Shown: piece after piece, positions 13,249 to 29,422 of the stretch
Layout: every line of letters begins with the position of its first letter
How positions within the stretch are numbered: the stretch's first letter is position 1
NCBI RefSeq assembly: GCF_009914755.1
Contig: NC_060937.1
Origin: the human T2T-CHM13v2.0 reference genome, Homo sapiens
Length of the DNA stretch: 64,000 nucleotides
Direction: 5' to 3' (one strand)
Program-made: the position numbers and the translations under genes
Notes under the pieces: generated by a model
What the model saw: the letters and a program-made list of their open reading frames with translations, nothing else
Databases searched by the model: none
Told to the model about the DNA's origin: nothing

Positions 13249-14910
13249 TGTTATGCTTTTTAAAAATGAGGAAATTGAGAGGTAGAAGGTTGTCCAGGAT
13301 TATAGTAAGTAAAAGATCTAAAACCCCTACACTGATCTCTATGGCTCTAAATTTTATTCATCAAACATTGGACTATGTTGTGCCTTCCCTGCTTTCACAA
13401 AGAGCTATGGAAATGCCAGCTATTTTATGAACCAGATATTGTAAGATGCGCCCGAGACTTCAGGAGAAACAGAAAGAGATTACTTAATTTATGTTATATT
13501 CTCAATTTTCTATTATCTAGAAATGGCAATGTGAGGAAAATCCTTGTCTTTTACCAGTAATCAGAACAATCACAACTTTGCTATTCTTTGGATATCTGTT
13601 GGAACTGAAGAAAGTTAGATTTTTTGAAATGAGTACATTTTTATTATTTTTTCCAAAGGTTTACTGAAGGAGGGTTTGGTGTCTTGGAAATGTAAAGACT
13701 TAATTTTTCTTTAATATATTCATATGACAAATTTTGAATGACTAAGAATCCCATATAAAAGTAGTAATACCCTTCTACCTAGCTTGGCAGTTTTTAGATT
13801 TAAAAAACCACAAGATATTTCTGAAAAATGAAAATGAAAATGAAAAAGTATACAGAGTGTTTTGAATCTCTAAGTCTCTAATTCTAGCTTAGCTGACATT
13901 ATTCGAATGTCATCTAAAATGTATCAAATGTAATAGTGTCTACCTGTAAAGTACTGCTAAAATGTATCATTTAATCTTGTCTGAGACCAGTAATAGAAGC
14001 TGGAGGGAATCCAGCCTCTAGGGTCAAAGAAGGAATAGCACAAATAGAGGGGAGTTTTATGAAAGGTGGCCCCTGACGTCTCAGCTTAGAGTCCAGTCAC
14101 TCTTAGTTTCTTATAACACCTTTAGTCTCAACTTCACAAACCTGCTATTCCTTACTGATTTAGGACTGCCAGTGTTTAGTATACTCCCTGAAAAGGAAAT
14201 ATTTAAGAAACTCCTAGGTGGAACAGAATTTTGCCTCTATATCGGTTTTTACCAGACACTGTTATGATTACTGGTGCTTTGCATTGACTTTTTTCATGCT
14301 GTCATCCTCACCTGATTTCCTCTGTTCTACAGGGGAGGGCAGGCCTTTTGGCAGGGGGGCAAGGTTGGAGGACTCTTCTCATCCTAATATCACCTTTGCG
14401 TTCCCCATGGCCCCAATTTGATGAACTAGATATAATTCACAGATAATGATTATTGATTTCTGTTTTCATGCATGCATATAATATGTGGTTATCACTACCC
14501 GTGTGTCAGCTTCTTCAATTAGATAATGCATCCACTTAGCTTCACAAACACATACACGTGAATGAATGGTTATATTAACACATCATTCAGTTGGTCAATG
14601 ATTACAGTATAACCTGCTACAATTTTCTAAGACTGTGCAGTGTTCTAGTCAACTATGTTGATAGGAAATGCTCATTTCTATCCCATATCTACTTGGTCTT
14701 TTTTAAATTAGAAAAAAATTTTACGTAATTTATTTTTTATTGGCTCAGATATACATATTTTTTGGCTACAGGTGATAATTTGATACATTCATATAATCAG
14801 ATCAGGCCACTTTGGGATATCCATCACCTTAAATATTTATATTTTCTTTACTCTAGGAGTGTTTGAATTAGTCCCCTGTATCTATTTTTGAAAGTACACT
14901 TGATTAATAT

Positions 14911-15039
14911 TTTGTTTTGTTTTAAGATGAGGTCTTGCTTTGTTACCCAGGCTGGTCTCAAACTCCTGGCTTTAAGCCATTCTCCCACCTTGGTTTCTCA
15001 AAGTGCTGAGATTACAGGCATAAACCACCACATCTTGCC
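14911..15039 (-). mobile_element. FLAM/Alu monomer
   Basis: Single reverse left-arm monomer. Confidence 0.8.
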
Positions 15040-15178
15040 TTAGAATCCACTGATGTTAATTATAGTCACTCTACTCATCTATTGAGCACCAGGTCTACCA
15101 GGTCTTAGTTCTGCGAAGTGTACTTTTGTACCCATTAATGAAACTCTATTCATCCCCTCTTTTTTCTACCCTTCCTAG

Positions 15179-15609
<431 letters not shown>

Positions 15610-15778
15610 TAACATAATGACCTCCAGTTCCATCCGTGTTGCTGCAAATGACAAGATTTTAATCTTATTTAGGGTTGAATAATATTCCATTGTGTATATT
15701 TACAACATTTTCTTAATCTGTTTATCCATTGATGGACACTTTGTTTAATTTCATATTTTGGCTATTGTGAATAGTGCT

Positions 15779-16146
15779 TGTATTAGTCCATTTTCACATT
15801 GCTATAAAGATACTTCCTGAGACCAGGTAATTTATAAACAAAAGAAGTTTAATTGATTCACATTTCCACATGGCTGTCGAGGCCTCAGGAAACTTCAATT
15901 ACAGCAGAAGGCGAAGGGGAAGCAAGGCACCTTCTTCAAAAGCCAACAGGAGAGAGAGAGAGAGCAGAAGGGAAACTGACACTTTTAAACCATCAGATCT
16001 CATAAGAACTCATTCACTATCACAAGAACAGCATGGGGAAAACTACCTCTATAATCCAATCACCTCCCACCAGCTTCCTTCCTTGACATGTGGGGATTAC
16101 AATTCGAGATGAAATTTGGGTGGGTACACAGAGACAAACCATATCA
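15779..16146 (-). mobile_element. THE1/MST-type solo LTR inserted into the L1
   Basis: TGTATTAGTCCATTTTCACATTGCTATAAAG...AAACCATATCA; perfect 5-bp TSD GTGCT (15774-15778, 16147-16151). Confidence 0.92.
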
Positions 16147-16194
16147 GTGCTATAATAAATATGGGAATGCAAATCTCTTTGATATATTGATGTC

Positions 16195-16503
16195 TTTTCT
16201 TTTTTTCTTTTCTTTTTTTTTTTTTAGACAGGGTTTCACTCTGTCTCCCAGGCTAGAGTGCAGTGGCATGAAAATGGTTCACTGCAGCCTCAACCTCTTG
16301 GGCTCAATTGATCCTCCTGCCTCAGCCTCCTGAGTAGCTAGGACTACAAGTGCATGCCACCACACCTAATTTTTGTATTTTGGGTAGAGATGGGGGTTTG
16401 CCATGTTGCCCAGGCTGGTCTTGAACTCGTGGGCTCATGCAATTCACCTGCCTCAGCCTCCCAAAGTGCTAGGATTGCAGGAATGAGCCACTGTGCCCAG
16501 CCT
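16195..16503 (-). mobile_element. AluJ
   Basis: Reverse Alu consensus, J-type. Confidence 0.9.
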
Positions 16504-17796
16504 GATTTCCACCAACAGTGTATTTACATTTCCACCAACAGTGTATGAGGACTCCCCTTTCTCCACATCCTCACCAGCATCTGTTATTCCCTGACTTTCT
16601 GATAAAAGCCATTCTAATTGTGGTGAGATAATGTCTCATTGTGGTTTTTATTTGCATTTCTGTGATTAGTGATGTTGAGCATGTTTTGTATACCTGGGGG
16701 CCATTTCTTTGTCTTCTTTTGGTAAATGTCTATTCAAATCTTTTTCAAATGTCTTTTCAAATCTTTGCCTATTTTTTAATCAGATTATTTGTTTTTTTGC
16801 TATTGAGTTGTTTGAGCTCCTTATGTATTCTGGTCATTAATCCCCTGTCAGATGGATAGTTTGTAAATATTTTCTCTATTCTGTGGGTTGTCTTTTCACT
16901 TTTTTCATTATTTCCTTTTCTGTGTGAAGTTTTTTAGCTTAATGTATTCCCATTCATCTATTTTTGGCTTTGTAGTTTGTGCTTTTCAAGGTCTTAACAC
17001 AAAAATTCTGGGTGTAGCCCAATGTCTTGTAGCATTTTTCCAATGTTTTCTTCTAGTAGTTTCATAGTTTCAGGTCTTAGATTTAAGTCTTTAGTCCATT
17101 GTGATTTCATGTTGGTATATGGTGAGAGATAGGGGTCTAGTTTAATTCTACTGCATATGATTATTGTTTGCCTGGCACCATTTATTGAAGAGAATCTTCT
17201 TTCCTCACTGAGTGTTCTTGGTGCCTTTGTCAAAAAATGAGTTGGCTATAATGTATAGACTTATATCTGGGTCCCGTATTATGTTCCATTGGTCTATGTG
17301 TCTGTTTTCATGCCAGCTTTTTTTTTACACCATGATAGTTTGGTTACCATAGCTTGGTAATTTATTCTGAAGTCAGGTAGTGTGATGCCTCCAGCTTTGT
17401 TCTTTTTGCTCTGAATTGCTTTGGCTATTGGAGGTCTTAGGTGGTTCTATTTATGTTTTCGGATTTTTTTTTCCATTTCTGTGAAGAATGTCATCAGTAT
17501 TCTGATACAAATTGCATTGAATCTGTAAATTGCTTTGGGTACTACTGTCATTTTAACAATATTAATGATTCTACCAATCAATGAGCATAAAGTATCCTTT
17601 TTTTTTTGTTTCTTCTTCAATTTTTTTCATCGATGTTTCATAGATTTCCTTGTTAAGATCTTTCACATTTTTGGTTAAATTGCCTCCTAATATTTTATGT
17701 TCTTTGTAGCTATTGTAAATTGGGTTGCTTTCTTGATTCCTTTTACAAATTGATTACTGTTACTGTATTCAAAGACTGCTGATTTTTGAATGCTGA

Positions 17797-18098
<302 letters not shown>

Positions 18099-18747
18099 TG
18101 ATTGTATATACTGCAACTTTACTAAATTTATTTGTCAGTCCTAACCAATTTTTTGGTGAAGTCTCTAGTTTTCACTAAATACAAGATCAGGTCATTGCAT
18201 TCAAAGCATATTTGACTTCTTCCTTTCCAATTTGGATGTTGTTTCTTTCTTTATCTTGCTTAATTGCTTTAGGCAAGACTTCCAGTATTATGTTGAATAA
18301 AACTGGTGAAAGTGCATCCTTGTCTTGGTCCAGATCTTAGAGGAAAGGCTTTCAATTTTTCTCCATCCAGTATTATGTTAGCTATATGTTTGTCATACAT
18401 AGCCTTTATTATTTTGAAGTATGTTCTGTCTATACAAAGTTTGTTAACAGTTTTTATTACAAAAGGATGATGAATTTTATTGAATGCCTTTTCTTCATCT
18501 ATCAAAATGATCATATGGTTTTTGTTCTCTGTTCTGTTAATGTGATGTATCACGTTTACAGATTTGATTATAGTGAATTATCCTTGCATCCATTGGATGC
18601 ATCCCATTTGATCATGTAAATGGTCTTTTTAATGTGTTGAATTTGGTTTGCTGCAATTTTATTGAGAATTTTTGCATCTATGTTCATTAGGGATATTGGC
18701 CTGTAGTATTATGTTTTTTTGTGTCCTTGGGTTTTTTTGTGTGTTTT

Positions 18748-18944
18748 ATACATATACATGTGTGTATATATATGTATATATATGTGTATATATGTATATA
18801 TATGTATGTATATATGTGTGTATATATATGTATATATGTGTGTATATATGTATATATATGTGTGTGTATATATATACGCATATATATGTGTGTGTGTTTT
18901 ATATATATATATGTATATATATGTGTGTGTGTATATATATATAT
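18748..18944. repeat. Compound (TA)n/(TG)n microsatellite
   Basis: Alternating purine-pyrimidine run. Confidence 0.95.
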
Positions 18945-21900
18945 CAGAGTAATGCTGGCCTCATAGAATATATTTGGAAGTATTCTCTCATGTTAAATTT
19001 TTTTTGATGAGTTTGAGGATTGCTATTATATCTTCTTTAAATATTTGGTAGAATTCAGTAGTGATGCCATCACATCCTAGGCTTTCCTTTCTTGGGAGAC
19101 TTTTTATTATCACTTTGATCTCATTAATCATTACTGGTTTGTTAAATTTTTCTGTTTCTTCAGGTTTTAATCTTGATAGGTTTTATGTGTTTAAGAATTT
19201 ATCCAAGTCTTCTAGGTCTTTTAATTTGTTGACATATGATTGTTTGTAGTGGTCTCATAATTCTTTATACTTTTGTGGTCTCAGTTGTCGTTTCTCCTTT
19301 TTGTGTCTTATTTCACTTATTTTTGTTTATTTCTCTCTCTTTTCTTTTTTAGTTAGTCTAGCTAAAAGTTTATGGATTTTATCTTTTCAAAAAACCAACT
19401 TTTTATTTCATTAATTTGTGTTTTTTATCTCAATTTTATTTATTTCTGTTCTGATCTTTATTATTTCTTTCATTCAATTTTGGGGCTTGGTTCGTTCTTG
19501 TTTTTCTAATTCCTTGAGGTACATCATTAGGTCATTTATTTGAAGACTTTCAACTTTTTTAATGTAGGCATTTATTGCTATAAACTTCCATCACAGTACT
19601 GCTTTTGCTGTACCCCATTGATTTTGGTATGTTATATTTTCATTTTCATTGGTTCCAAGAAATTTTTAAATTTTCTTCTTAATTTCTTCGTTGACCCATT
19701 GGTCATCTGGGAGCATGTTGTTTAATTTCTGTGTGTTTGTGTAGTTTCCAAGATTACTTTTGTTATTGATTGTTAGTTTTACTTCTTTGCAGTAAAAAAA
19801 AAAAGCTACTTGATATCATTTCTACTTTTTAAAATTTATTGAGACTTGTTTTGTGGCCTAAAATATGTTCCACTCTGGAGAATATTTCATGTGCTTATGG
19901 AAAGAATGTGTATTCTACAGAAGTTCGGACAAATGTTCTATGAATATCTAGTTTGTCTAGTGTGAGGTTTTAACTCTGATGTTTCATTGTTGATTTTCTG
20001 TCTAGGTACTCTGTCCATTACTGAGAGTGGGATGTTGAACTCCACTACTATGACTGTATTGCAGTCTATATCTCCCTTTAGGTCTATTAATGCTTGTTTT
20101 ATATACTTGGGAGCTCCAGTGTTGGGTACATAGACATTTATAATTGTTATACCCTTTTACTGTATTGACCCTTTTATCATTATATAGTGACTGTCTTCAT
20201 CTCTTTTTATAATCTTTGACTTATAGTCTATTTTATCTGATACAAACAGAGCTACTCTTGATCTTTTTTGTTTCCACTTGCCTGGAAAAACTTTTTCCAT
20301 CATTTCTCTATGTGTTAGTCTATGTGTTTCTCTACAGGTAAGGTAGGTTTCTTGTAGGCAGCATATAGTTGGGTCCACTTCTTTATCCATTCAGCTACTC
20401 TATGCCTTTTAGTTGGAGAATTGAGTCTATTCACATTCAGTGTAATAAATAAGGACTTGCTACTGCCATTTCGTTGCTTATTTTCTGATTGTTTTGTAAT
20501 TCCTCTCTTCCTTCTTTTCTTGCTGTCTTCCTTTATGGTTAAGTGATTCCCTCTAGTAGCACTGTTTAATTCATTGCTTTTTATTTTTAGTGTATCTATT
20601 ACAGGTTTTTGCATTGTAGTTACCATGAGGCTTACAAAAACATCTTAGAGATAAAACAAGTTATTTTAAAGAGATGACAACTTATCTTACATTACACACA
20701 CACCACAAAACAAACAAAAGCTTTTAAAGAAAACTCTACACTTTAACTTCATCCTTTTCACTTTTTGACTTTCACTTGTCTCAATTTGCATATTTTATAA
20801 TGCCTATCTCTCTTAACTTGTTTTGTAGCTATTATTGTTTTTGATAGATTTGTCTTTTAGGTCTAATATTAGAGTTCTGAGTCGATTGCACACAACAACT
20901 ATAGTATTGGAATATTCTGGGGTTGTCTCTGTACTTAATTTTACCAGTGGGTTTTAAACCTTCAAAATTATTTTTGGGCATTAGTATTTTTTTTCCTTTT
21001 AGATTGTAAAACTCCCTGTAGCATTTCTTTTTAATATTGCTCCAGTGGTGATGAATTATTGTCGCTTTTGTTTGTCTGGGGAAGACTTTACCTCTCCTTC
21101 ATAGTTGAAAAATAGATTTGCCGGACAAAGTATTCTTGGCTGGAAGGTTTGTTTTTTTTTTTCTTTCAGTGCATTGAAAGTGTCATTCTTCCTGGCCTGT
21201 GTGGTTTCCCTTAAGAAGTCTATTGCCAGATGAATTGGAATTCCTTTCTATATTATTTGCTTCTATTATCTTGCTGCTTTTAGGATAATTTATTTGCCTT
21301 TGACATTTGAGTGTTTGATTATTACATGCCTTGGGGTAGTCTTATTTGATGTACTGTTTGGTGTACCTGTTTGGTGTACTCTGAACTTCCTGTACCTGGA
21401 TATTTATATCTTTCTTAAGTTTTGGAATGTTTTCTGTTATTATTATTTTTAAATTAAGCTTTCTACCCCTTGCTCTTGCTCAACTCCCTCTTGAACAGCA
21501 ACAATTCTTAGAGTTGGTGTTTTGAGGTAATTTTCTTTATCTTATAAGCAATCTACATTCCTTTTCATTCTATTTTCTTCTCTTCTGATTGTATAATTTC
21601 AAATAGCCTTCATTTAAGTTCACTTATTCTTTCCTCTGCTTGATCCACTCTGCTGTTGAGAACCTTCAATGTGTTCTTCAGTTCAGCGAATGTACTTCTC
21701 AGTTCCAAGATTTCCGGGTTTTGTAATTATTATTATTTCAACCTGTTTGTTAAATTTCTCTAATACATTTCTGAATTGTTTTTCTACATTATCTTGGTTA
21801 TCACTAAGTTTTTCATACTGCTGTAAATTTTTTATACTGCTATAAATTTTTATACTGCTATAATTCTTGGTGAGAGAGCTCACATATTGCTCTCTTGTTA

Positions 21901-22044
21901 GGGTCAGTCACTGGCTCTTGCTTTGTCCATTTGGGAAGGTCATAGTTCCCTATTTGCTATCATTTCTTATGTCTTTGCATTGAAAAATTAGTTATTTATT
22001 TCAGTCTTCTGGTCTGTCTTGTTTTGATTTTTTAACAAATAAAT

Positions 22045-22319
22045 AGCGTCTTGCTCTATCATTCAGGCAGGAGTTCAGTGGTACAATCATGGTTCACTGC
22101 CAACTCAGCTTCCTCGGCTCAAGTGATCCTTCCACCCCAGCCTCAAGAGGAGCTGAGACTACAGGCATGTGCCACTACACCTGGCTAATTTTCATTTTTT
22201 GTAGAGGCAGGGTCTCACTATGTTGCCCAAGCTGATCTTGAACTCCTGGGTTCAAGTGATCCTCCTGCTTTGGCCTCTTAAAGTGCTGGGATTACGGGCA
22301 TGAGCCACTGTGCCCAGCC
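22045..22319 (-). mobile_element. AluJ
   Basis: Reverse Alu consensus, diverged. Confidence 0.88.
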
Positions 22320-25300
22320 TTGTTTGTTTTTCATTGAATATGTTTGCTTAGAGATTCTTCATAATTTACCTATTGAGTTTCTTATGTTTTCCCACACTAA
22401 GTCACTACCTCCTTTTTGGTGCTAAATGGTGCCTAAAGCCCAGGTTTGTCTCAGCTCTGGCAAATAATCAGAACACTGCCCATTCAGAGTGGGAAAGATC
22501 CCAGAGGGGATATCTGTGTAGTGTTGAAAGACTTGCTAGGGGTTTGTGCCCAGGGGACCTGTGGAACATACCCACTTCAGCATGGTGCTGCTGAACAGCC
22601 ATTCTAATTTGGCGTCTCCTTTGGCTGAGCTACACAGCAGAGTTTCCAGGGGTGGAGATGCTAGTCTAGCTTCCACCCTTTGCCACTGGCTGTCCTTAGA
22701 GATATATCTCTCTTCAGGCAATCATGATGCTTCCTGTGGTTTGAGGCATGGACAGGTCTCCCGCCAAAGAAAAGATGGTGGGGAAGCTGCTTGTCCACCT
22801 CAATTTCACTTTTTCTAGTGTAGAAAACATGAGTCAAGGACAAGTTTTTGCACACTGGTGCCAGTCAGCTTGGGATAAGGAGTGTTGCATATGTGAAAAT
22901 CTGATTCTCTCACAGTCTGGTTGGAGAGTTGTTGTTGTTGTTGTTGTTGTTGGTTGTTTGCTTGTTTTTACTTTTTTTTGTGACCCCAGGAACTGACTCA
23001 TCTTCATATTTGAGTTCTGGGATATTCCTGGTGACAGTTTCAGTGCTGTATATTTGTTTTTGGTTTTCCATGGGGGAAAGCAAAGCTGGCTTGTGTCTAC
23101 ACCACCATTTTTGAAGCTGGAAGTTTCCTGTTTTAGTTTTTATGTCAGGGATATGTGATACAATATATAGTGCCCTAGAAATTTAATGAATCAACCTATA
23201 TCTAGCCCACACAGCTGAAATTCCCCATTGGCCTACCTGTGAAGTAGTCACTCTGATATTAGAATAACTCAAATGACACACGGACAATGGAGGAAGGCAG
23301 TGTCTAATGCTCTTTAAGACAGAAAACTTTCTGCTTAGGGCTAGAGATGCTTTGGAAATCACTGAGCCTTCCCAGATAAAATGTGTTTTCTTAAGACCCA
23401 CTCATGATACCAGTAATTTGTTCAGAGCTTCATCTTTGTTTCTGTTTCTCTGATTCGGAGTGTTTATATCCTGTTTATATCTTTCTGCTTCCCTGCCATT
23501 TTGATTATACCCCTTACCCCCAGCCATTATTAATATTTTATTCCTTGGTCTCAACTCACTCCTGATTTTGTAACTCAAAAGCCTGACAATCTTAACAGAT
23601 TCTTATATCAGTATCTCCATCATCTCTTTATTCTGGTATTTTCTGATCTCTGGCATCCCACTGGTTCTTACCAAGGCTTCAAAGCTTCAAAGCTTACCAA
23701 GGCTTACCAAGCTTTGTATAATACTACATGAATGTAAATTAAACCCAAATGTGTCTCCCATTTCAGATAAGATTATAAGACATATTTATTAAATATGTCT
23801 CTAAGGATACATTAATAGAATGGTAATTGCACTCATAATTCTTTAGATAGGATTTTCATACTCATTAATTATTTCAACAAACAATTTTTGAGAACACACT
23901 TTGTGGCAATTATTTTAAGTGAACGTATATTAGACTTTAAAATAGTTCAATCTTTTTTTTACCAATATTAGGCACTAATCTTTCTTGAACACTGATTATT
24001 AAAATAACCAACTGCTACAGCTAATGTTCAATGAGGATCTAAACAATGTATATTAAAACATCCAGCTCACCTGGATAATGTAAGAAGTCAGTCATCTCTT
24101 AACCATGTAGTATTGCAAAAGAGAATTCCCTTGGCTAACGTTAGAGATTAGTCTTTTCTTAAATATTTGGCATCATAAAAGCCACCTCTTCTGACTGCTG
24201 GGCATTAGTAAGTAGTTTCTTAAATATTAACTGTGATGATTTGTCCATTCTGCTAACGACTCCTTAATTGCAAAGAACACATAAAAGCCAGCAACAGCAA
24301 ATATGTAAGAATTTAACTACATTGTCCTTGTGTGTATCTCATTAGTCCCTGCTCTTCTGTTTACCTTGGGTTCTTACACTGATTTCTTCCTGCTTGCTGT
24401 TATTGCTGTTAGTACATTTTGAAACTGAGAAGTAACACACACAGAAAAAAAAGCATAAAGTACACCAATTATAAGTGTGTAATGGTGACTTTCATTTACA
24501 TCTATGTAACCACTTAGAGCAAAATATAGAATATTTCCAGCACCCACCTTCCTAGGCTATTTTCTATACCCTATTCCCATCCTTCGGGCTCCATCTTCCT
24601 CCTTGTTTCAATATCCTGCTTGGGTTTTTATGACTCATATGCTTCAGTTTTTCCTCATCCTTTCCTATCTTGACTTGGCTTTAAATACTTTATTGGATAA
24701 ATTTTACTTGTGGCTCTTAATAACAGCTACCATGACATCGCAGCCAGAGAAGGAGAACAATTTGCTCTAAATATCTTGCAAGCAAATGTTAACACTGGGC
24801 ACAAGTAAGCATGTATGGCTAAATCAAATATTTGCTTTTTAATTTATACCCACATAATTTTGGAAAATTCTTACAAACAAATATGTCAGACATAGCTGGT
24901 CTTCCTACTAACACAATGCCATTATGCATATATTCTCAGAGAACAGAGAAAATCATTCACATTCTCAAGGATGGTTTCTGTGACTTGGGTGGGTACTGAT
25001 TTCTCCCCGGACAATTGCAGTACAGAGCTCCCACTTATTCTCCATAATGTTAATTGGTCCTTACAGTTTTATCATTTCAGACATGATTTGTCATTACTGT
25101 TCAAATTCAGTCTTGGTTTTACCTGGTCAAAACTTTGTAATATACCTATTTGTTTTGAACATGAGTATGTGAAAAATAAGCTGGTATATTAAAATTTACT
25201 GCCTGCATAGGGGAAAGGCTTAATTAACTGGTATTTAGGGGAACTAAGGTGCACTGGTTTGCAAAATTTATCAAACGTGTATTTCCTTCACTGTAGTCTC

Positions 25301-26399
25301 ATGTAAATAATACTTCTGAGTTTTTATGATTTTTATCAGTTTATTCTTTGCACACTTTTAGAAATACAGCAATTGAACCTTCATAAATATTCCTTCTGAA
25401 CACGTTGCTATCCAACTTTTAAAGTGCCCCCAGAAAGGCAAATTATTAAAGATATAAATAACCCATCACAATTTACACAAAATAAAAATAAATTTTCATC
25501 AACTTGATATACATAGAAATTATTAGGCTTGATGGTTAAGATGAATATTGGTACTTAAGTATAGTTTTGTGAAATAGTAGGACAACTGTCAAATTTGTGT
25601 TATTTTGAGCAATCTTAAGGACCAAATTATATAATCAATATCTTAAGTTGTTTCTAGAACTATTATCTAGCAGAATACAGCCACATGATAGGCTGAATCA
25701 ACTTGTTTCTTCTGGGAAAAACTGAAGGTAAATCCTACATTTGAAAGCAAGAATATTAAAACAAACAAACAAGCAAACACACAAACAAGAAAAACCTAAG
25801 AAGAGTTTAGAAAATTGAATGAAATTAACTAAAATCAGTAGTATTTGGCAATTTCTCTGCCCTGGACACTTCTTGTTGTTGTCTTTTATTATTTAAAAAA
25901 AATTTGTGGATGATCCAGGTGATCTCTACGTAGCCCTTTTTCACTGCTAAGTGATTGAGAACAAATTCAATTTATCATATCTAAACATGTCCACTCCAGA
26001 GAATTTTTTTCAAACATAACACAATCCATGTGAGGAATAATTTTTCCAAGATTAAGTATATTTGTTAGTTAAATTAAACTTCAACCCCAGATAGCAAAGA
26101 TATAACAGCACTCTAATTACCAATGTGTCTTCCCAAACAAGGTTACTACAGTGTAAGGCATTAAGTTTTCAGAATTATTTCTGAAGGTTTTCTGTCTCTC
26201 TTTTTTTTAAACTTTATGCCCATAACTCCTTGATGAAGGAGTTGCAATATCCTGGGCCAGTTTCTCATTGCTTCCTTATGTGTTAATTAATAACATACAT
26301 ATGCAATAGAGATAAAAACAGGCACAAACATTTATCAAGATTAATCAGCTAATAGTAATGATTAATCAAACATTTTTATTTCATTCAAGAACTAAGTAC

Positions 26400-26575
26400 C
26401 AGAGCTTGTCAGTCGTGATTCATATAAGTATGACCAGGGAATTTTTTGAAAAGGATTTTGGCCCCACTTCTTACCACCTAAATTAGAATATCTGCAAGTA
26501 AGGGTCACACATTTGCATGTTTCAAAGGCTCTTGGTTGATTGTAAAGTACAGCTGGGCTGGGAACCACTGAGTTA
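26400..26575. mobile_element. MER5-like hAT-Charlie DNA transposon relic
   Basis: AATTAGAATATCTG...TTTGCATGTTT...GGTTGATT...GGGAACCACTG terminus. Confidence 0.55.
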
Positions 26576-29422
26576 AGAACAAGAAATTGAAAATAAGCCA
26601 TTTCCAATTTTGATGTTTCATTCTTCTAGTGAAAACAAATGAAAAACTAGTGAAACACTTTACCACGATGTACCATAACAATATATTGCCTTTAAATGTT
26701 TAAATTCAAAATGTATTAGTTTTATAAAAGCCATACCACTTTACATATACTGATAGACATCAATGCATAGCAAACTTCCTTAAGGGTAGAGACTGTATCC
26801 TCTTTATTGTGACAAATAATACCTATTCTGTCTATTTTTCTTAATTAAATAATAATTATACCCATCTGGTTCTACAGAGTACCACAGTAACAACTTCAAA
26901 GATATGAAAACAGAGTAATTTTTTCAAATTGCTTCTTTATTCAAAACCACACACGTTCATTTTTCCCTCTATAATTTATAATTTCTTAATTCCAAAACCT
27001 TAAGTCTATCAGGTTAAATGATTATGGTCTTTGTGTTCACTATAAATTTATTGTCATTAGTAGCATCTTGGAATGTCATTTGTAGTGAATAATTCATATA
27101 TTCATGTTATGCAGGATTATCTACTACCATAAACAAAATGCAGATGTTCTAAATTCTAAATTAAGGATGTAAAATAACCTGCCATCAGAATAACAGTTGG
27201 ATTAGACATTGGAACAAGTAAAAAAAAAAAAAGGTTGAAGACATGAAATCTTCAGCTTATTTGTGAAAGATTCGTGGTAATCAATAATATTCTGGAGTTC
27301 CTAAACTTTTCATGGACACGGGTTCTGTCTTATCCCTCCTTATATCTTTGACCAGTGCAAGCATAGCAGACACATAATACATAATTGCTAAAGTGGACCG
27401 AACAGTTTCAATGGAAAACATAATTAATATGGGAGGACTAGACTGTGTCTTTTCAGACATTTATAGATATATATTGTAAAAAAAATCCCAAATTTCATCA
27501 TTGAATGTGTGTTATTGATTACTGTTTGCTACATTACAAGAGTCCAAAATGTTCTCAGTTTATAACCAGTTCACTTTCTGAACTCAACGTGGTGTTTAAA
27601 TTTGTATTCCTTTTCCGTAAAATACAAATGCTGTGGGAAAATAATACATACTTATAGGCATCTATGTTAAAAATGCCAATTCGCAAAAATATGAAATATA
27701 CTTAATTGCTTAGCCAATTTTTAGACCCTCTGAATTACTATTTAAATTATATATAAATACAGGTTTAAAATAACACTAGAAGTTGTCTTTAACTTAGATT
27801 CTTGCATCATTCCTATGTTTTCACATCTATAATGTGAATGTGATTATTGTTTTATTAGTTTCTTAAATTCTATAATTATGCTAAAACACAACATTTTAAC
27901 TGAATTTATCTTTCAAAAATTCAACACATTTAACTCAGTTGATACTGACATAGTTAAACAATAAAAGGTAGGAAATAAAATCCTCAATATTATTTACAAG
28001 GTCAATAACTTTTCAGATCTTCTTAATTCATAACATCTATAAGACCGAAACACATGGGTAAAAAGTAAAAAATACAGATATTCTCTATTACTTTCTATAT
28101 ATCATGTAAACTGAGGGCTATATAGAACTGCTCTGACGTTGAACTGAGCTTTTCATTTTATCTAAAACGTTCTGAATGTTCTGGATTGTGTAAAACAGTA
28201 CTGTGTTTTAGCTGACTTGAGAAGGCTGTGTGTCTCACTTTGGCATTTCAGATTGCTTTATTTTTACATTCCTTGGTTGCAGAAGGCATTTGTTAGCAGT
28301 TCACATATTTTTGTGATCTTCAAAATTATAACCACAAAAATCTTCCCTTTAGTTATCAAGTATACCCAAGTGTGGCCCCTAAAATCAGGGAAGATAGGTT
28401 TCTCACTAGTAGTGACTTCCAAAAAACATCAAGTTGGCTAAGCTTCAAATTCATTTGGGATTAAAACGTTTTCAATTATTCTAATTATACTTAAGATAAT
28501 TTATTAATTTTGAAAGGAAGTATGAGCGAAACCCTTAAAATGCAACCTACTAATTCTGAAACTTTCTGGAATTTCCAAGTCAGTAGGTTTAAATGAATTT
28601 GCGTCTTCCAAAATCCTGATTACCATAAAAAAGGGTATACATTAAGAATTATTTCTTATACTGTAGTCACAGAAAATAGTTGCTTGTATGTCAGATTTCC
28701 ACAGAAATATAGTGAGATACCTAAAAACAGCTTTTTAAAGCTAGTAGTATTTCAATGTTGACTTTAATTGGAAGGAAACTATGAGATGAATAACTCCTGC
28801 TAAGAAACCTGTATATAGGTGGGATTTCCCATGATTCAGAGAGTGTGATGAACAATCTTACTCACAACATCCCCCCGCCTCAACCATTCTAATTTGAAAC
28901 AGAAGATAAAGTTTTAAAGAAAAAGGCATTGACATATTAGTCAATGCCGACCAAAAGTAACGTAAAATTAGACTTGTAATAAAATTAGCAGTGTTTTCCT
29001 CTTTGAAACGTTCATAAATGACTATATTACAGAAATATTAGATATTGTAAAATTTCAGATTTGGCCTTTTATTTTGATTTACAAAGAAAGGAATATCTAG
29101 AAACTAGACTCAATAAAAAAAAGAGTAGCAAAACTTTAATCCACTATTTTTTATGTCATCACTAGTTTGACAATTGGATTTAAGCAAAGCATGATAAAAT
29201 AAGTCAAAGACAGTAAATGACAATACTGTCAAGGTTTGAATGTCAAAAATTTTAACATTGGGGCATTAAAGACATCCTTTGGTAATGTGTGTTTTACAGT
29301 TGACTTGTACAATCACGAACCAGTGATATGTGCTTTGCAGTAGCTACTTACTAGATTTAAACCAATTTATAATTGCTGTATTTCTCGTAAATGTTATGAA
29401 TCCTCACTTTTAACAATTATGT

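Noticed and set aside
18672-19007. Tyr/Ile/Val/Cys-rich ORFs (also 61952-62363, 3502-4032 and 664-945)
   Set aside because: Translations of microsatellites or low-complexity tracts.
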